Notes: a model not told the origin generated them from the sequence alone. Counted from the stretch's first letter, positions 50,142 through 63,684 are shown. The stretch: DNA of 64,000 bases from Eledone cirrhosa (GCA_964016885.1 OZ024740.1:393142001-393206000); one strand, 5' to 3'. Program-made: numbers and translations.

Positions 50142-52750
50142 ATCATCATCATCATCTTCGTTTAACGTCCATCTTCCACGCTAGCATGGGTTAGACGGGA
50201 GTTGTCCCACTTGAGGCAAGGTTGGTCGGGTGACCGTGTCTCGCTCATATAGGACTATCTGGCAGGTTTTCTGCGGCTGGATGCCCTTCCTAACACCAAC
50301 CACATTTACAGTGTGGAACTGGGAACTTTTTACCATGCTACCTACATGGCCACATTACTGAGTGGACTGTTTTTTTTCTCGTGACACCTACACGATCTCG
50401 ATCTCATTATCTCATTTATTTGGACTGGATGTTGTGGTACCAACTTCACAGAGAGAGGGTGGTGTTGGTGGGAGTGGGAGGATAGGGTAGGGGTAGTGGA
50501 TTGGGGTGTATATTTGGTTAAGAGGTGCCTACTGACTGTAGGTTTCGCTTTGTACATAGGCAAGGCGGGTCTTCTGTATTACTGCGTAGCGCCAAAGATC
50601 TCGGTCCAGTGACATTGTCTTAGAGAGGTGTAAGTGTGTAAGGTCGGAATTTATCAGATCGTCCCAGGTTTTTCTGGGTCTACCTACTCCGTAACTACCA
50701 TCAATTTTGATCGCCCTGCACCTTTTTATACAGCTGTCGTCTTTCATGCGCATCACGTGGCCATACCAACGTAGTCTTCTCTCAAATAAACAGCATTTGA
50801 TCCCTCTTATTCCTAATTTCTCACTTAGTTTATTTATGCTTTGCCGTTCACGTATATTACTATTACACATCCAATGGAGCATGCATGCTTCGTTTCTTTC
50901 CAGTCTGCGCAGGTCCTTTGCACGTAATGCCCATGTCTCACTGCCATGTAGCATTGCTGTTCGTATACAAGCATCATACAATCTGCCTTTCATTTTTAAA
51001 GAGAAACCTTTTGTGGCCTACAGCAGTATAAGCTCTCTGAACTTTTTCCATTCTGTTCTGACTCTGGCTACTGTACTTTCAGAGCACCCTCCACCACTGC
51101 TGATTTCGTTACCCAGGTAATGGAAAGTGTCCACTATTTCTATAGAACCATCTGTGCAATAGAAGGAGCTAGTATTCTGTGGGCACTTGCTGCAACTTAT
51201 TGCACCAGAGCACCGGCCACATATAAAATCTATATCTTAGATAGTTTACCTGTGATCCCATTACATCTTTTATGTACCCATAGTTTGCATTTGGGACATA
51301 AAATGGAATTTCTGCCTACTCCTTTCCTACACACTGAACATGGCCATTTCCCTGAGGGCACCTGTGCCCTATTTTCCTTTCTGCAAACTAGAACTTTAGT
51401 CTTAGACAAGTTAACTTTAAGGCCTTTTGATTCTAGGCCATGCTTCCATGTTTAGAATTTCTTCTCTAGTTCAGCCATAGATTCAGCTATGAGAGTTAGA
51501 TCATCTGCGTATTGAAGTTTCCATGGGCAGCTGGTCTTGAATTCCTCTGTTATAGCCTGAAGGGTAATAATAAATAGGAGGGGGCTAAGGACAGAGCCTT
51601 GATGAACACCAACTTTTACACTAAATTCTTCACAATATTCATTGTTAATTCTAACTTTACTGACTGTTTCTTTATACATAGCTTGTATAGCTCTCACAAG
51701 CCATTCATCTACACCTAGTTTTCTAAGAGCCCACCAGATAATGGAGCAGGGGACTCTGTCAAAGGCTTTCTCCAGGTCTACAAAAGCTAAGTAGAGGGGT
51801 TTACTTTTAGCTAGGTACTTCTCCTGTAGTTGTCGTACAATGAAAAGAGCGTCTGTGGTACTTTTACCTGACACAAACCCAAACTGCATTTCATCTAGAT
51901 CAATTTGCTCTCTGATTAGTTGCGCTATAACTCTTTCTGTGACCTTCATGACCTGGTCAACTAACTTAATGCCTCTATAGTTTCCCCTATCTAGAGCATC
52001 CCCTTTACCCTTGTAGCAGTTAATGATGCTGCTGCTGCTACACCAGTCTTTTGGTATGACCCCATTCTGTATTACGTGGTTAACTATACGGGTGACCATA
52101 GTATGTCCCACCATTCCAGATGCCTTCAACATCTCAGCAACTATCTTCAAAGGCCCAGCTGCCTTGCCTGTCTTCATATCTTTGATTGCCTTACTTATTA
52201 TACTACCTTTAACTTGCACTGCTGGTCCCTCTATTGGATCGATTTGGGGCAGACTATCTTTTTTCCATTTATTTTCCACATTTAATAGTCTCTCGTAGTG
52301 ACACTTCCAGGCTATCTTCTTATCAGTACACTGTTATCATTACGGACACACTTCTCCCCGACAATATCACGGTTTTCCTTGACACATTGTCTAGCAATCC
52401 TGAACACCTCACGTTTTTGGTCCTCACGTTGTAGAACATGCTTGAACTTTCTATCCTCTGCTTCCCTTTTTGCAAGGTACACTTGTCTCCTAGCTTCTCT
52501 CCTGGCCACTTGATAGTGCTCCTGCCAATAGGTCTGCTCCAGCCACAGATTTCATCCGTTGCTTTCAGCAGGTTCACTTTCAAGAATTGCTACTGTTCCT
52601 CTATATTGTACGTCTCTAATTGCTCTTCCTTATTGTCAAAGGCATCAACTAACAAGGTTTTAAATTTGTCACTGGCTATGGGGTCCTTAACTTCCATATT
52701 CTTCTCCTCAAGGTAGGCCTTCTCTGTCGTCGAGTACGTCTATTCCTGAC
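50142..52750 (-). mobile_element. 5'-truncated, disrupted RTE-clade LINE (RT, Cys-rich finger, C-terminus, 3'UTR, (GAT)n tail)
   Basis: ORF 51452..52279 carries RT motifs QFGF..GKSTTDA, AFVDLEKAFD, GVHQGSVLSP and YADD. A CSVC...CPKC..WVH..C finger lies at ~51150-51350, and ORF 50529..50993 reads RRLRWYGHVMR...GRPRKTW. Stops and frameshifts separate the pieces. Confidence 0.95.
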
Positions 52751-52814
52751 TATGAGGTCACTAACTACTATATATTTTTACATACGCATATACAAAGATA
52801 TACATCTATATGAG

Positions 52815-52816
<2 letters not shown>

Positions 52817-52912
<96 letters not shown>
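52817..52912. repeat. (GA)n microsatellite
   Basis: Read directly from the sequence. Confidence 0.95.
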
Positions 52913-52913
<1 letters not shown>

Positions 52914-55900
52914 AAAGACCTTTGGCAGAAATGGATGGAGAAAGAAAGTGTATGCATGATGGGATGGAGGAATCAAAGAAGGAGATTACGTTATAGAATG
53001 AGAAGAATAAAGCAAAACAGAGAACAAACAAGTGTGTGAGTGAGAGGAAGAAAAAAACAACAATTAAGTGATTGAAGAAGGACATCAGAATATATGAGAG
53101 AAAGATGGAAAAAGTATGTAGCTATATATAGAGAGAGGTGGGAGAAGCAACAGTTGATTGAAGAACTGCCAAAGTGAGATAGTAAAAGAACAAGACAGTT
53201 GAATTTATTATTTATTTCAAACCATTTCCCCATTCTTACATAATGAGGGTGTCTTTCTGTTGGTTCCATTGTTTTTCACAGCTGGATACCTTTCAACTGC
53301 TAACCACTCAACTGTGAAGCCTAATTTTTTTATTTTCTTAAATTTTTTTTTATTTAGAATTCATAAAATATAATTAAAAATAACGTAAAAAACAAAATAA
53401 TAAAAGTGAGGGGAACTATATACCCTGGGTTGGATAGTACATTTTAACTAACAAACAAGATGACGAAAGTGTTGCTGTGAAGAACAGCCAACAATATCCA
53501 CTGCATCAGCCATTCCACCTTGCAGGGCTCCTTCCTTGGGCATACCAGTTTAGGTAGAGGACAATGACTGCCAGGAACCCAAGGACATGTGGGGCTTAAA
53601 TGGTGACAAAATAGAATGTAGAGGAGTGGATTAGTTTTCAGTTTTATTTTCTGTATCTAATTTTTTTTTTTTGATAGTCAGACAAACTGGAATAGAGTCA
53701 TGTAACTTGTTCAGGGACACAATATAACAATTGCTGTTGTTATTTAGCTTCAGGTTAGCCTTGATCCAGCAGGCCTATGATCAAAGGTATTACATACTGA
53801 CTCTTTGTGTATTACAAATGGCACTCTCCAATGAGTCCTTCCTTTTACATCAATATGGTAGAGTATAACTTTAGGAAGATTTGGTTGTTATTTCTAGCAA
53901 GTTAAATGATTGAGTAAGAAAAACTAATTTGTTGGCTTGTGTGGACTATAGTAGCTGTTGGTATTGATATGTATAGTTGTATCATAGAGTACTAGCCTAT
54001 GATACAACTAGCCTAATGGAAATCTGGGATAAAAATGTTGAGATTTTGCTGTTATTTCCAGCATAAACACCATATAGTGGAGTATTGGCATTTTGTTTAT
54101 CTCTTTTGTGTTTCCACTCCTCTCTTCCTCCCCACCTCTTCAATATTTCAAAGAATATATTTGATATAATATTATCAAAAATATATATTCAATATTTCAA
54201 TATCAGTTTTCAAGTATGTTGAAATTATATATATACCCATAGTTTTTTTGCTAAAAAAAAGTAAAGAAAATAAATAACGAAGCTAAAAAAGGAAAAAAGA
54301 AGTGATTTATCTACCAAACCTTAATCTGGACTTGAAATTTGCAGCAAATATCAATACACCCACACACAAATACACTGTCAACTGATAGAGAATGTAGGGT
54401 AGGCTAATCATGTAACTACTTATTGTATATATCAGTGCTGTAAACAAATATACATTTGATTATGCTGTAAACAAATGCACCTGTGATGATATATAGTGAC
54501 ATGAATTTGAGCTCTACTGGTTAGCTATAATCCTAATACCTAATATTGCATACATTGTCAATCAAGCAGTGACTTATATGTGCAGGTCAAAGACTAAAGA
54601 CAAAATATTATAAACACAAAGGGGGTGATACTTTACTGCTGTGATTTGTATACAAGACTATATAGTCATTACAAGGTCTATATCACTGTCTAAATACCTT
54701 CTCAGTTGTCTATCCTCAAACTATTAGCCTCCATCTGTTTAATCATCCTTTGATATCCAAATTAGTATGTACTGACCAACTGGTTTACACCATATAACAT
54801 ACCTTCTATCACTTAACTACCATCTAACTAAACTTTAGCATTTAATTATCATTAATTTGATTTTGAAACAACAAAGAAATCAATTACTTCAGTATATGAA
54901 AGCATATCTATCTATATATAAATTTCTGTGATTCTGTCACAACATGTACAGAGAAAGGAGTAGTTTGACTACCTCATACTACTCCTCTCTCTTTACATCT
55001 GCTGCCTGTGTGAATGTATTTGTGCATAAAAGGAAGGAAGTGGTGGTGAAAAAACTATAGAAAATTAGCGGCTGGCATTCCATTTGTTATGCTGTGTATG
55101 TGTGTATGTGTTTGTGTGAATGTATGTGTGTGTTTGTGTGAATGTATGTCTGTGAGCGAATTTTTGTGTGTCTGAGTTTGCACGTTTATAATTATATACT
55201 CATACATATAAATATATGCATATGCACGTACACACACACATATAAGCGTCAGCATGTTGAAAAAAATCCTAGTGTTTAAAAAAACACACGCACAAACATA
55301 CACACACCCATATATATGTATACATGCTGGAAACATATGTCAAGATATAGAATAATATTGAGTGTAAAACCTTCAAATGTTATAACACATCTGACTGACA
55401 ATAAATCTATTGGCTCTGAGCTAGATGACTCTCTTCAGGATTGAGCACAGCCAGTTGGTAGTGTTGATTCAGATTTGCTAATAAGCTAATAATAAATTGT
55501 TGCCAACTGTAAAGTAGTATTGCTAACTATACTGTAGTGTTGCTAACTATATGGTAAAATTACTAACAAACAAACTGTAAGCTGTTGTCACTACTAGTGA
55601 GAAAATAACAGTTGGTGGATAATTCAATCTATATATATATTTGAGCGACTTCCAACTGTCACACAATGTGTGTGTGTGCTTGTGTGAATGTGTGTGTGTG
55701 TGTTTGTTTGAATGTGCGTGTGTTTGTGTGAATGTGTGTGTGTTTGTGTCAATGTGTGTGTGTGTGTGTGTGTTTGTGTCAATGTATGTCTGTGAGTTTG
55801 TATTTTTGTAAGTTTGTGTTTGAGCATTTATATTTATATACTCATACATATAAACGTATGCATACGCACACACACACACACACACATCAGTGTGTTTAAA

Positions 55901-56279
55901 AAAATTCTAGTTATGTAAAATTTAAAACAGCATGGAGTTCAAATACCTTCCACAACCAATTTTTTCACAGTAAATATCACACCACATATTCTCCATTTTA
56001 TATTGAATTAACAAGGGAGCTTCTATGCAGTCACCCGGTCAGTTTTGATACCAACACACCCAAAACCACGTCTGTTTCTATGAAACATAACCACCCATTT
56101 TAAAGAGTTCTTACTTAAATTAAAACCTTACAACATAATTTTATAAGAACATTTTGTTATGTTACAAATACCATCTTAATGAAATTATACTTTTAATAAC
56201 TCCTTCCCTAAATTCTTCATTAATGAATTAAAATACAAAATATTTCATTTGAAATATGGTAATGAAGGCTCAAAAAAGA

Positions 56280-57085
56280 ACAATACATTGGACAATGTGG
56301 TCCCTGATATACCAAAAGATGGGATGTCATGACAGAAATAGCTTTGATCATAGGTTTGCTTAATTGAGGTTGATCTAGAATGAACAAACAAGCTGCTCTG
56401 ATATATCAAAAGATGGGATAGTCATGGCTGGAATACCTTTGGTTATAGTTTCACCAGCTGTCAGTTTTTTACAAGTAGTGACACCACATTGCAATTAGTT
56501 AGCTTCTTAGCAATTTTACCTTATAGTTAGCATCACTACTTTACAGCAGGTATTATTAGCTTACAATTAACGGCGATGGATTGGCAGTATCGGTGGAGGG
56601 TCGGACGCCATGCTTTCCAGCATAGTTACGTCCCTTTACGATCTGAGTTCAAATCCCGCCGAGGTTGACTTTGCCTTTCATCCTTACGGGGTCGATAAAA
56701 TAAAGTACCAGTAATGCACTGGGTAATTGCTGGCCTTTGCCTAAAGTAGAAACAATTATTAGCTTACAATTAGCTTATTATCAAACCTGAATTAGGACAG
56801 ACCTATGTCTAAAAATCAATAACTTGTCCTGATATACCAAAAGAGGGGTAGTAATGTTTGGAATGTCTTTCATAATAGGTCTGTTTAATGAAAGAGCAAC
56901 AATGAAATAGCATGATATACTAAAAGGGGAGATGGTCATTGTTGCAATATATTTGGTCAATAGTCTGCTTGATGAGGGCTGATCTGGGGTTAAAAAACAA
57001 TGAACCAGCATGATGGTCATTGTTGGAATATATTTGGTCATTCGTCTGCTTGATGAGGGCTGACCTGGGGTTAAACAACAACAAT
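56280..57085 (+). repeat. Cluster of ~5-6 decayed copies of a short interspersed repeat, interrupted by a family B SINE (56572-56760)
   Basis: The motif gatat..aaaagatgggatggtcat..ctggaat..ctttg.tcataggtctgcttgat.agggctga.ctgggg recurs. Reverse copies lie near 9140-9190, 33425-33495 and 53735-53800. Confidence 0.7.
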
Positions 57086-57404
57086 CTGTTTTAAGTACAA
57101 ATCACCACTAGACAATGACTGACACCTTTTTTAATGAACCTCCAATGAACATGAAATCAAAAGTCAACAGTGCTGGGATTTGAAATCAAAATATAAAGGA
57201 ATGTAACTAAATACTTGAAGTCATTTGACATTCTAGACTTTCTCCTCATTTGATGACCCTGTAATTAAAGTCTATAAAAGTCAGTTGTGAAAGATTTATG
57301 TTTATGTATGTGTCTGTGTGTCTGTGTTGAGAGTGGGAGTGTAATTTCAATATGCTAATTAACTGCAATGATCTCTTTAAAAAAGATAAAAACATGAACA
57401 TTTG

Positions 57405-58145
57405 AATGATGATGATGATGATGATGATGACAACTACAATGGTGAGTGGTGGAGATAATATATTGCTGCTACTGCTGCTGATGATGATGATAGGGGTCAT
57501 AGTGGCGGTGATGGCGATTGTAAAGATGCTGACAATGATGATGATGATATTGGTGGCGGTGGGAGTGGTGATGGTGATTGTGAGGGGATGATGATGATGG
57601 TGGTGATGATGATGGTGGTGGTGATGGTGGTGTTAATGATGATGATGGTGGTGGTGATGATGGTGGTGTTAATGATGATGGTGGTGGTGATGATGATGAT
57701 GGTGGTGGTGGTGATGATGGTGGTGGTGGTGATGATGGTGGTGGTGATGATGATGGTGGTAATGATGGTGGTGGTGATGATGGTGGTGGTGGTGATGGTG
57801 ATGATGGTGGTGGTAATGATGGTGGTGATGGTAATGATGATGGTGATGATGATGGGGGTGGAGGTGGCTATGATGATGGTTGTGATGGTGATTGTGAGGA
57901 TGATAATGGTTATAGTGGACGTGGTGTGGGTGGAGATTGTGGAAGTGGTGGGCGTGGAGATTGTGAAAGGGGGGGGGGACGATGATGATGATTGTGGTGG
58001 CAGTAGTGATGATGATGATGGTTGTGATGGTGAGGGGATGATGATGTCTGTGGTGGGGATGATGATGATGTCTGTGATGATGATGGAGGTGGATATGATG
58101 GAGATGGGTATGATTGTTGAGGTGGTGGGGATGACGATAATGATG
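57405..58145. repeat. (ATG/GTG)n low-complexity trinucleotide region
   Basis: Read directly. It produces the poly-M/V and poly-H ORFs. Confidence 0.95.
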
Positions 58146-58429
58146 ACATTTTACCAAAAACTTACTAATTTATCAAGACATCATCAGCTTTACTTTTTAT
58201 TTTGTGTTCTCTTCTTTTTCTGTTTTCTTACATTTTGTTTCTATCTGGAATTTATTAGAGTTGTGGACCAAACTGTTTCTCATAAAATATTGTGTGTGGT
58301 GGGGCAAAAGGTTAGAATCTAGCTAGGGTGGGGGTAGTAATGTGGTTACATAGGGTGGTGGTGGGTAGTAATGTGGTTACATATTGATGGTGGTGGTGAT
58401 GGTGTTGGTCACTGAACTGTGAAACTCTG

Positions 58430-59440
58430 TAGTGGTAGTGGTATTGGTGATACTGGTCTGGAAACAAGGTTTCAACTGTGGTGATAGTAGTGGGAAAACA
58501 TGTGGTGGTGGTGGTGTTGGTGGAGGTGACAGTAGTGTGAAAACATGTAGTAATGGAGGTGATAGTAGTGGGAAAACATGTGGTGGTGGTGTTGGTGGAG
58601 GTGACAGTAGTGTGAAAACATGTGGTAATGGAGGTGATAGTAGTGCAAAAACATGTGGTGGTGGTGGTGTTGGTGGAGGTGACAGTAATGTAAAAACATG
58701 TGGTGCTGGTGGTTGTAATAGTAGTGTGAAAACATGTGATGGTGGAAGTGACAGTAGTGTGAAAACATGTGGTAATGGAGGTGATAGTAGTGCAAAATCA
58801 TGTGGTGGTGGTGTTGGTGGAGGTGACAGTAATGTGAAAACATGTGGTAATGGAGGTGACAGTAATGTGAAAACATGTGGTAATGGAGGTGATAGTAGTG
58901 TGAAAACATGTGGTGGTGGTTGTAATAGTAGTGTGAAAACATGTGGTGGTGGTTGTAACAGTAGTGTGAAAACGTGGTGGTGGTTGTAATAGTAGTGTGA
59001 AAACATGTGGTGGTGGTTGTAATAGTAGTGTGAAAACATGTGGTGGTGGTTGTAATAGTAGTGTGAAAACATGTGGTCGTGGTGTTGGTGGAGGTGGCAG
59101 TAGTGTGAAAACATGTGGTCGTCGTGTTGGTGGAGGTGGCAGTAGTGTGAAAACATGTGGTCGTCGTGTTGGTGGAGGTGGCAGTAGTGTGAAAACATGT
59201 GGTGGTAGTAACAGTGTGAAAATTTGTGGTTGTGGAGGTGACAGAAGTGTGAAAACATGGGATGTTGGTTTTAGTGTTAAAACATGTTACGGCAGTGTTG
59301 GTGATAGTGTGAAAACTTGTAATGGCGGTGTTGGTAACAGTGTGAACACATGTGGCGTTGGTGATAATGTGAAAACATGTGGTGGTGATAGTGTGAAAAC
59401 GTGGTGGTTGTGGTGATGATGAAAGTAATGTGAAGACATG
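58430..59440. repeat. Complex minisatellite, ~27-28 variable units of 24-45 bp anchored on gtgaaaacatgtggt
   Basis: Read directly. Units are almost all multiples of 3. Confidence 0.95.
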
Positions 59441-59806
59441 TATTTTGTTGTGTTCATGTGTATCTGGTCTAGAATAAGTACACTATCTTTGTCATATGAG
59501 GTGAGTAAAAGAGTTGATACTAAAAAAGGCACTAAGCCATAAAACATTGTCTTTAAAAAAATCCCATGATCAGTATGAAACCCGTCATAGAATCCGCAAG
59601 GTTAACCCCTGCGTTAGCAGGGAAATTCACCTTAACCCTTTAGCATTTACATTACTCTATATTTACTATTATATTTTCATGGTAAAAGCTTTACTGCCCT
59701 TTCTATATGAATTGACACAAACAAATAAAATAATTGTAAATAATTGAAGAGAGCATATATAATTCCTATTAGATGAAGCATATGAATATAAGTATCATAT
59801 ACATAC

Positions 59807-59853
59807 CTGTAGAGGTATAAAAATACAGCACTGACAAAACTAAACATCAGCAC
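59807..59853 (-). CDS. TMEM135: TMEM135 internal coding exon (47 nt, phase 0 to 2), VLMFSFVSAVFLYLY(R)
   Basis: Strong acceptor (ttttttctgtattctatttccag|GTG) and donor (TACAG|gtatgt). The peptide matches the recalled vertebrate TMEM135 segment VLLFCITAAMYMFFFR, and its phase joins the 5121-5162 exon. Confidence 0.9.
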
Positions 59854-61536
59854 CTGGAAATAGAATACAGAAAAAAGTGTGTTCAATATATGAATATATT
59901 TTGGAATCATAAAATGATATAAAAAATGTATCTTCTTCACATCACTTTAAAAAAAAGTGTTAATGTCAGTAGATTATGTAGTCCTTGATACATTATATCT
60001 AAAGAAAAATCCCCTGAATAATCACAGCTGAAATATCTTAGCTCATATAATCTGCTGCATCAGGCTTGAGTTGATGATCAAGAGCAACACCTTTATACTA
60101 AATTGATTAGTGATCAGATTTATAAAAATAATCTTTTCAGAAAATTGCAATAGATTAAATGGCCAGGATTTTTGTAGGAGAGATTAGTTTATTAAAAACA
60201 ACATTTATCTTTGTAGATGTAAAATAAACCTTTACCCATTCCATGTTTTTCTCTTTTATTTTTTTCTCTTAGCTCTCGTACAAGTGTTTTCAATATTAGA
60301 ACAGTAGGTTGGCAGAATCAGTATAACATCAGATAAAACATTACACAAAATATAGTTGTGTCCATTTATGTTCTGAGTTTGAAATTCACCCTGATGCCAG
60401 CGTTGTCTTTCATCCTTCAAGGGTTGAAATAATTACCAGTTGAATTGTGTGTGTGTATGGGGTTGGAAATTCGATGTGATCAAATTATTTCAATTAAATA
60501 AGATTTTTTTGTGGTTGTTTTTTCTACCTAGACCCCTTTGATCTATGCTGGTCAATTGTGTGTTGGACAGGGAATGGAATTTGAACTCAGAAGGCAAAGA
60601 GCCAGAGCAGATACTGTAAAGCATCTTGTTTGTTACTCTAACAATTCCACCAATTATCCCCACCCCTTGGACTTGTACTGGATCAGCTACTGACAAAAAA
60701 AAACAAACAAAACAAGTAACAGGTACAATACGCAATTAGTCAATAAATTATATAAAAAAGGAAGGTATAGTGTGCACACAGGTGTCCATGTTTTTATATT
60801 CTAATATTTGTTCAACCTAAGGCTGGATATACATAGAGAGGTGATATGTAAGAGATCTAAAGTACAGAAGATTGATATGAAGGGGTAAAAAAAACTGATA
60901 ATATCAATCATTTATTTATTCGTCCCTTTCTTCCTCTTATGCAAAATAAGTAACCTGCACATTATTGCTGTAAACAGCAGGAGCCTTATATAATTGAGGA
61001 GTGTTTTGAGTGTTTCACCACTAACACTAAAGTCATAACTATCCTACAGCATCCATTAAAATCAACCCAATCTCTGCAACTAGAACCACTCACCTACCAA
61101 AAACCAAAATTACAATTAGCTTTGTTACAGAAACCAGCACAAGAGGCAGCACTATCTTCATCAAAATCCCCACCATCATACAACAACCATTACAATTAGT
61201 TCTATTACTGCCATTATTATGATGAGGATAATGTTGACCGCCACCGCCATCACAATGAATTCTTTGCCCCCTTCCTCCATAGAAAAAATATAAACTACTG
61301 CTTGAATTAGTAGGTCAGTGATATTTATAACCAACCAGAAGGAGATAATAGTCATCCAGAAATAATTACATACTATTTTTTTCATCTGAATGAGAGTAAT
61401 TCCACTATTAAGATGACCTCTAATAGGTCAAAAAGAAAGGCCCTCAAATTCAATTCCGGTACATATATTTTGACTAGGGAACAGATTTACCAAGATCTGA
61501 TATATATTTTTAATTCAACCTTTACTAGCATTAAAT

Positions 61537-61718
61537 AATTGTTTCTACTTTAGGCAGAAGGCCAGCAATTACCCAGTGCATTACTGGCACTTTATTTTAT
61601 TGACCCTGTAAGGATGAAAGGCAAAGTCAACCTCGGCGGGATTTGAACTCAGATCGTAAAGGAACGTAACTATGCTGGAAAGCATGGCGTCCGACCCTCT
61701 ACCGATACTGCCAATCCA
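61537..61718 (-). mobile_element. SINE family B
   Basis: Near-exact reverse complement of 56572-56760. Confidence 0.9.
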
Positions 61719-63307
61719 AATAATGATGATGAATTCACATTTGAATACAAGATTGTTCAATGACCAAGGATATCTTAACAGCATTATAAGCTCTAAAAAA
61801 AGTAATGCACTGGGGACTCTACATACACAACCACAGCATTATATAGATTAGCTGAGAGCCTTTAGACATAGTGAGCCCTCAAGCAACTGCCCAGTATGTC
61901 CCAGAATTAAGACAACACAGCAAATGAATCCTACCTAAACTTGATTCTGATCCCAGCATAAAACCAGAGATGAGATTTATTTTCTGATTTCAGTTCTTTG
62001 GACATTGCCTTCAAGAGTATTAGCCCATAATGTCAGCCCCAGTATTTTGTCTGGTATCTATTTTATCAATCTCTAAGGAGGAAATAATGCAAATTCAACC
62101 TCGGAATAAAGGGCAGAAACAATATGGATTGAATTACAAAGAATTTTCATTTGATGGACAAACACACACAATCATCATCATTATTCTATGACCTTTTTTA
62201 TAAGCTTGCATGAGTTGCCTGATGGACTTCCTCTCAGTTTCTATTTACCAAATTTCCATCACATGACTTGGGTCAACATGAAGTTGTGGTAGAAGACACC
62301 TATTACAAGTGCTGCACTCTGTGGGGATGAAACTCAGGTTCACAGAGCTGCAAAGTGAACTTCTTAACTAAACAACCATGCCTGTACCCATTTATTCCTT
62401 CCAAATTGCTCTCAAGACAGTTGGATTTCTAAAGTAAAAAAATTACTTTTCAAAAATCTTTGTCACATTATGAAGACATTACAAGTGAGAAGTGTAAATA
62501 CTTTCAACCATATTGCAATTGTCTACATAACAGCATACATATTTACTTCAGTATATTTATATATTTAAAACGCGCACACTGAAACATTCCAGTCTTGTAG
62601 AAGAGTAGTACTATTGTAACTTAGGCTTATAAACCAAAATATTTGGCAAGTCAAATGAAAAGGTACTTAATATATATATGAGAGTATATTTATTCATCCA
62701 AAGATCATGATTTACTCTATCACCAGGTGATAAATAAATCATTTTGTATATTGATCTAAATTACTGTTGTATATCTACTCCTAGTATTTAATATATTGGT
62801 TGAGTTGCTTCATGGGTCTAGCAAGGAGCTAGCATTCCTCTTAACTTGCCTGCTTCTATCCACTGATCGTTTGTTATATTTTGAATGCACATGGTGTTCA
62901 TTCTCTCCACTTGGCTTTCATGGTAGATGGTTGATATCTTGTATGGTCCATAAGACATGCCTACTGTAGAGAGTTTACATCTTAACTTTGCCATTTATTT
63001 ATCTAATAATGGTTATTGGCATTGTTTCTCCCAGCTCGAAACAGATCTACTTAGGCTCTAAGAATTGTGATTTACCATTCTAATGTAAGTTTAAAATGCT
63101 TACTATCCTTTTTCTTATGCCTTGTTTTATATCTAGGCAAGTAATCAAATATGTTGTCTCAATAATATTATCTTTTATGGGTGCAGTTTGAATTGTTTCA
63201 CAAAAATTTTTCATTGAGCAGCAAGGTCAATATTATTCTGTTCTGATCTAAATTATTGTTTAATATTCCTGCCTGTTTTCTAGTCCAGCAGTTGCAAGAA
63301 TGGAAGG

Positions 63308-63353
63308 GATTGTCCTGATGAGAACCAGTTAAGTTCGAAATGCATCAACGATT
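63308..63353 (+). ncRNA. Minimal hammerhead ribozyme motif (PLE type), AUC triplet
   Basis: GATTGTc-CTGATGA-GAAC[cagttaa]GTTC-GAAA-TGCA-TC-aACGATT. Perfect core and stem II, palindromic stem III (ATGCAT), stem I with wobbles and a C.A first pair. Confidence 0.7.
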
Positions 63354-63684
63354 GTCCCCCCTTGCTTCTGCTGGACACCACCAGAGGGCGTTAGCCCCAA
63401 TGTTTTCCATAGCTACAGCCTTCTAAATGTTTACCTATAAACATACCATATTTCTTAAGAAATACAATATCTGTATACAGCTATACATGAAGCTAAACCC
63501 TAATTATATATATATATATACTCAATTCATGATTAACAACATGTAAAAGACATATTTGCAGAATTTGTGAATATATGTTGGAAGGCTTTCAGAATTCAGA
63601 TTTAAAAGAGGACAAATGTTTAAGCTTACAACAGTTTCATGTGTTCGCTTGGTAATATTGTTTATTATTATATCAGAGTAAAAG

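Noticed and set aside
55404-55442. Hammerhead-like layout on the minus strand (AATC-CTGAAGA-GAG/CTC-...-TA-GATT)
   Set aside because: The essential GAAA box is replaced by AGAG and there is no stem III.
57588-58322. 244-aa Met/Val ORF and antisense poly-His ORF
   Set aside because: Pure (ATG/GTG)n low-complexity sequence with no splice or homology support.
58490-59440. CRISPR-like repeat-spacer appearance of the gtgaaaacatgtggt array
   Set aside because: The 'spacers' are mutually related GGT/AGT repeats, there are no cas genes, and the DNA is eukaryotic.
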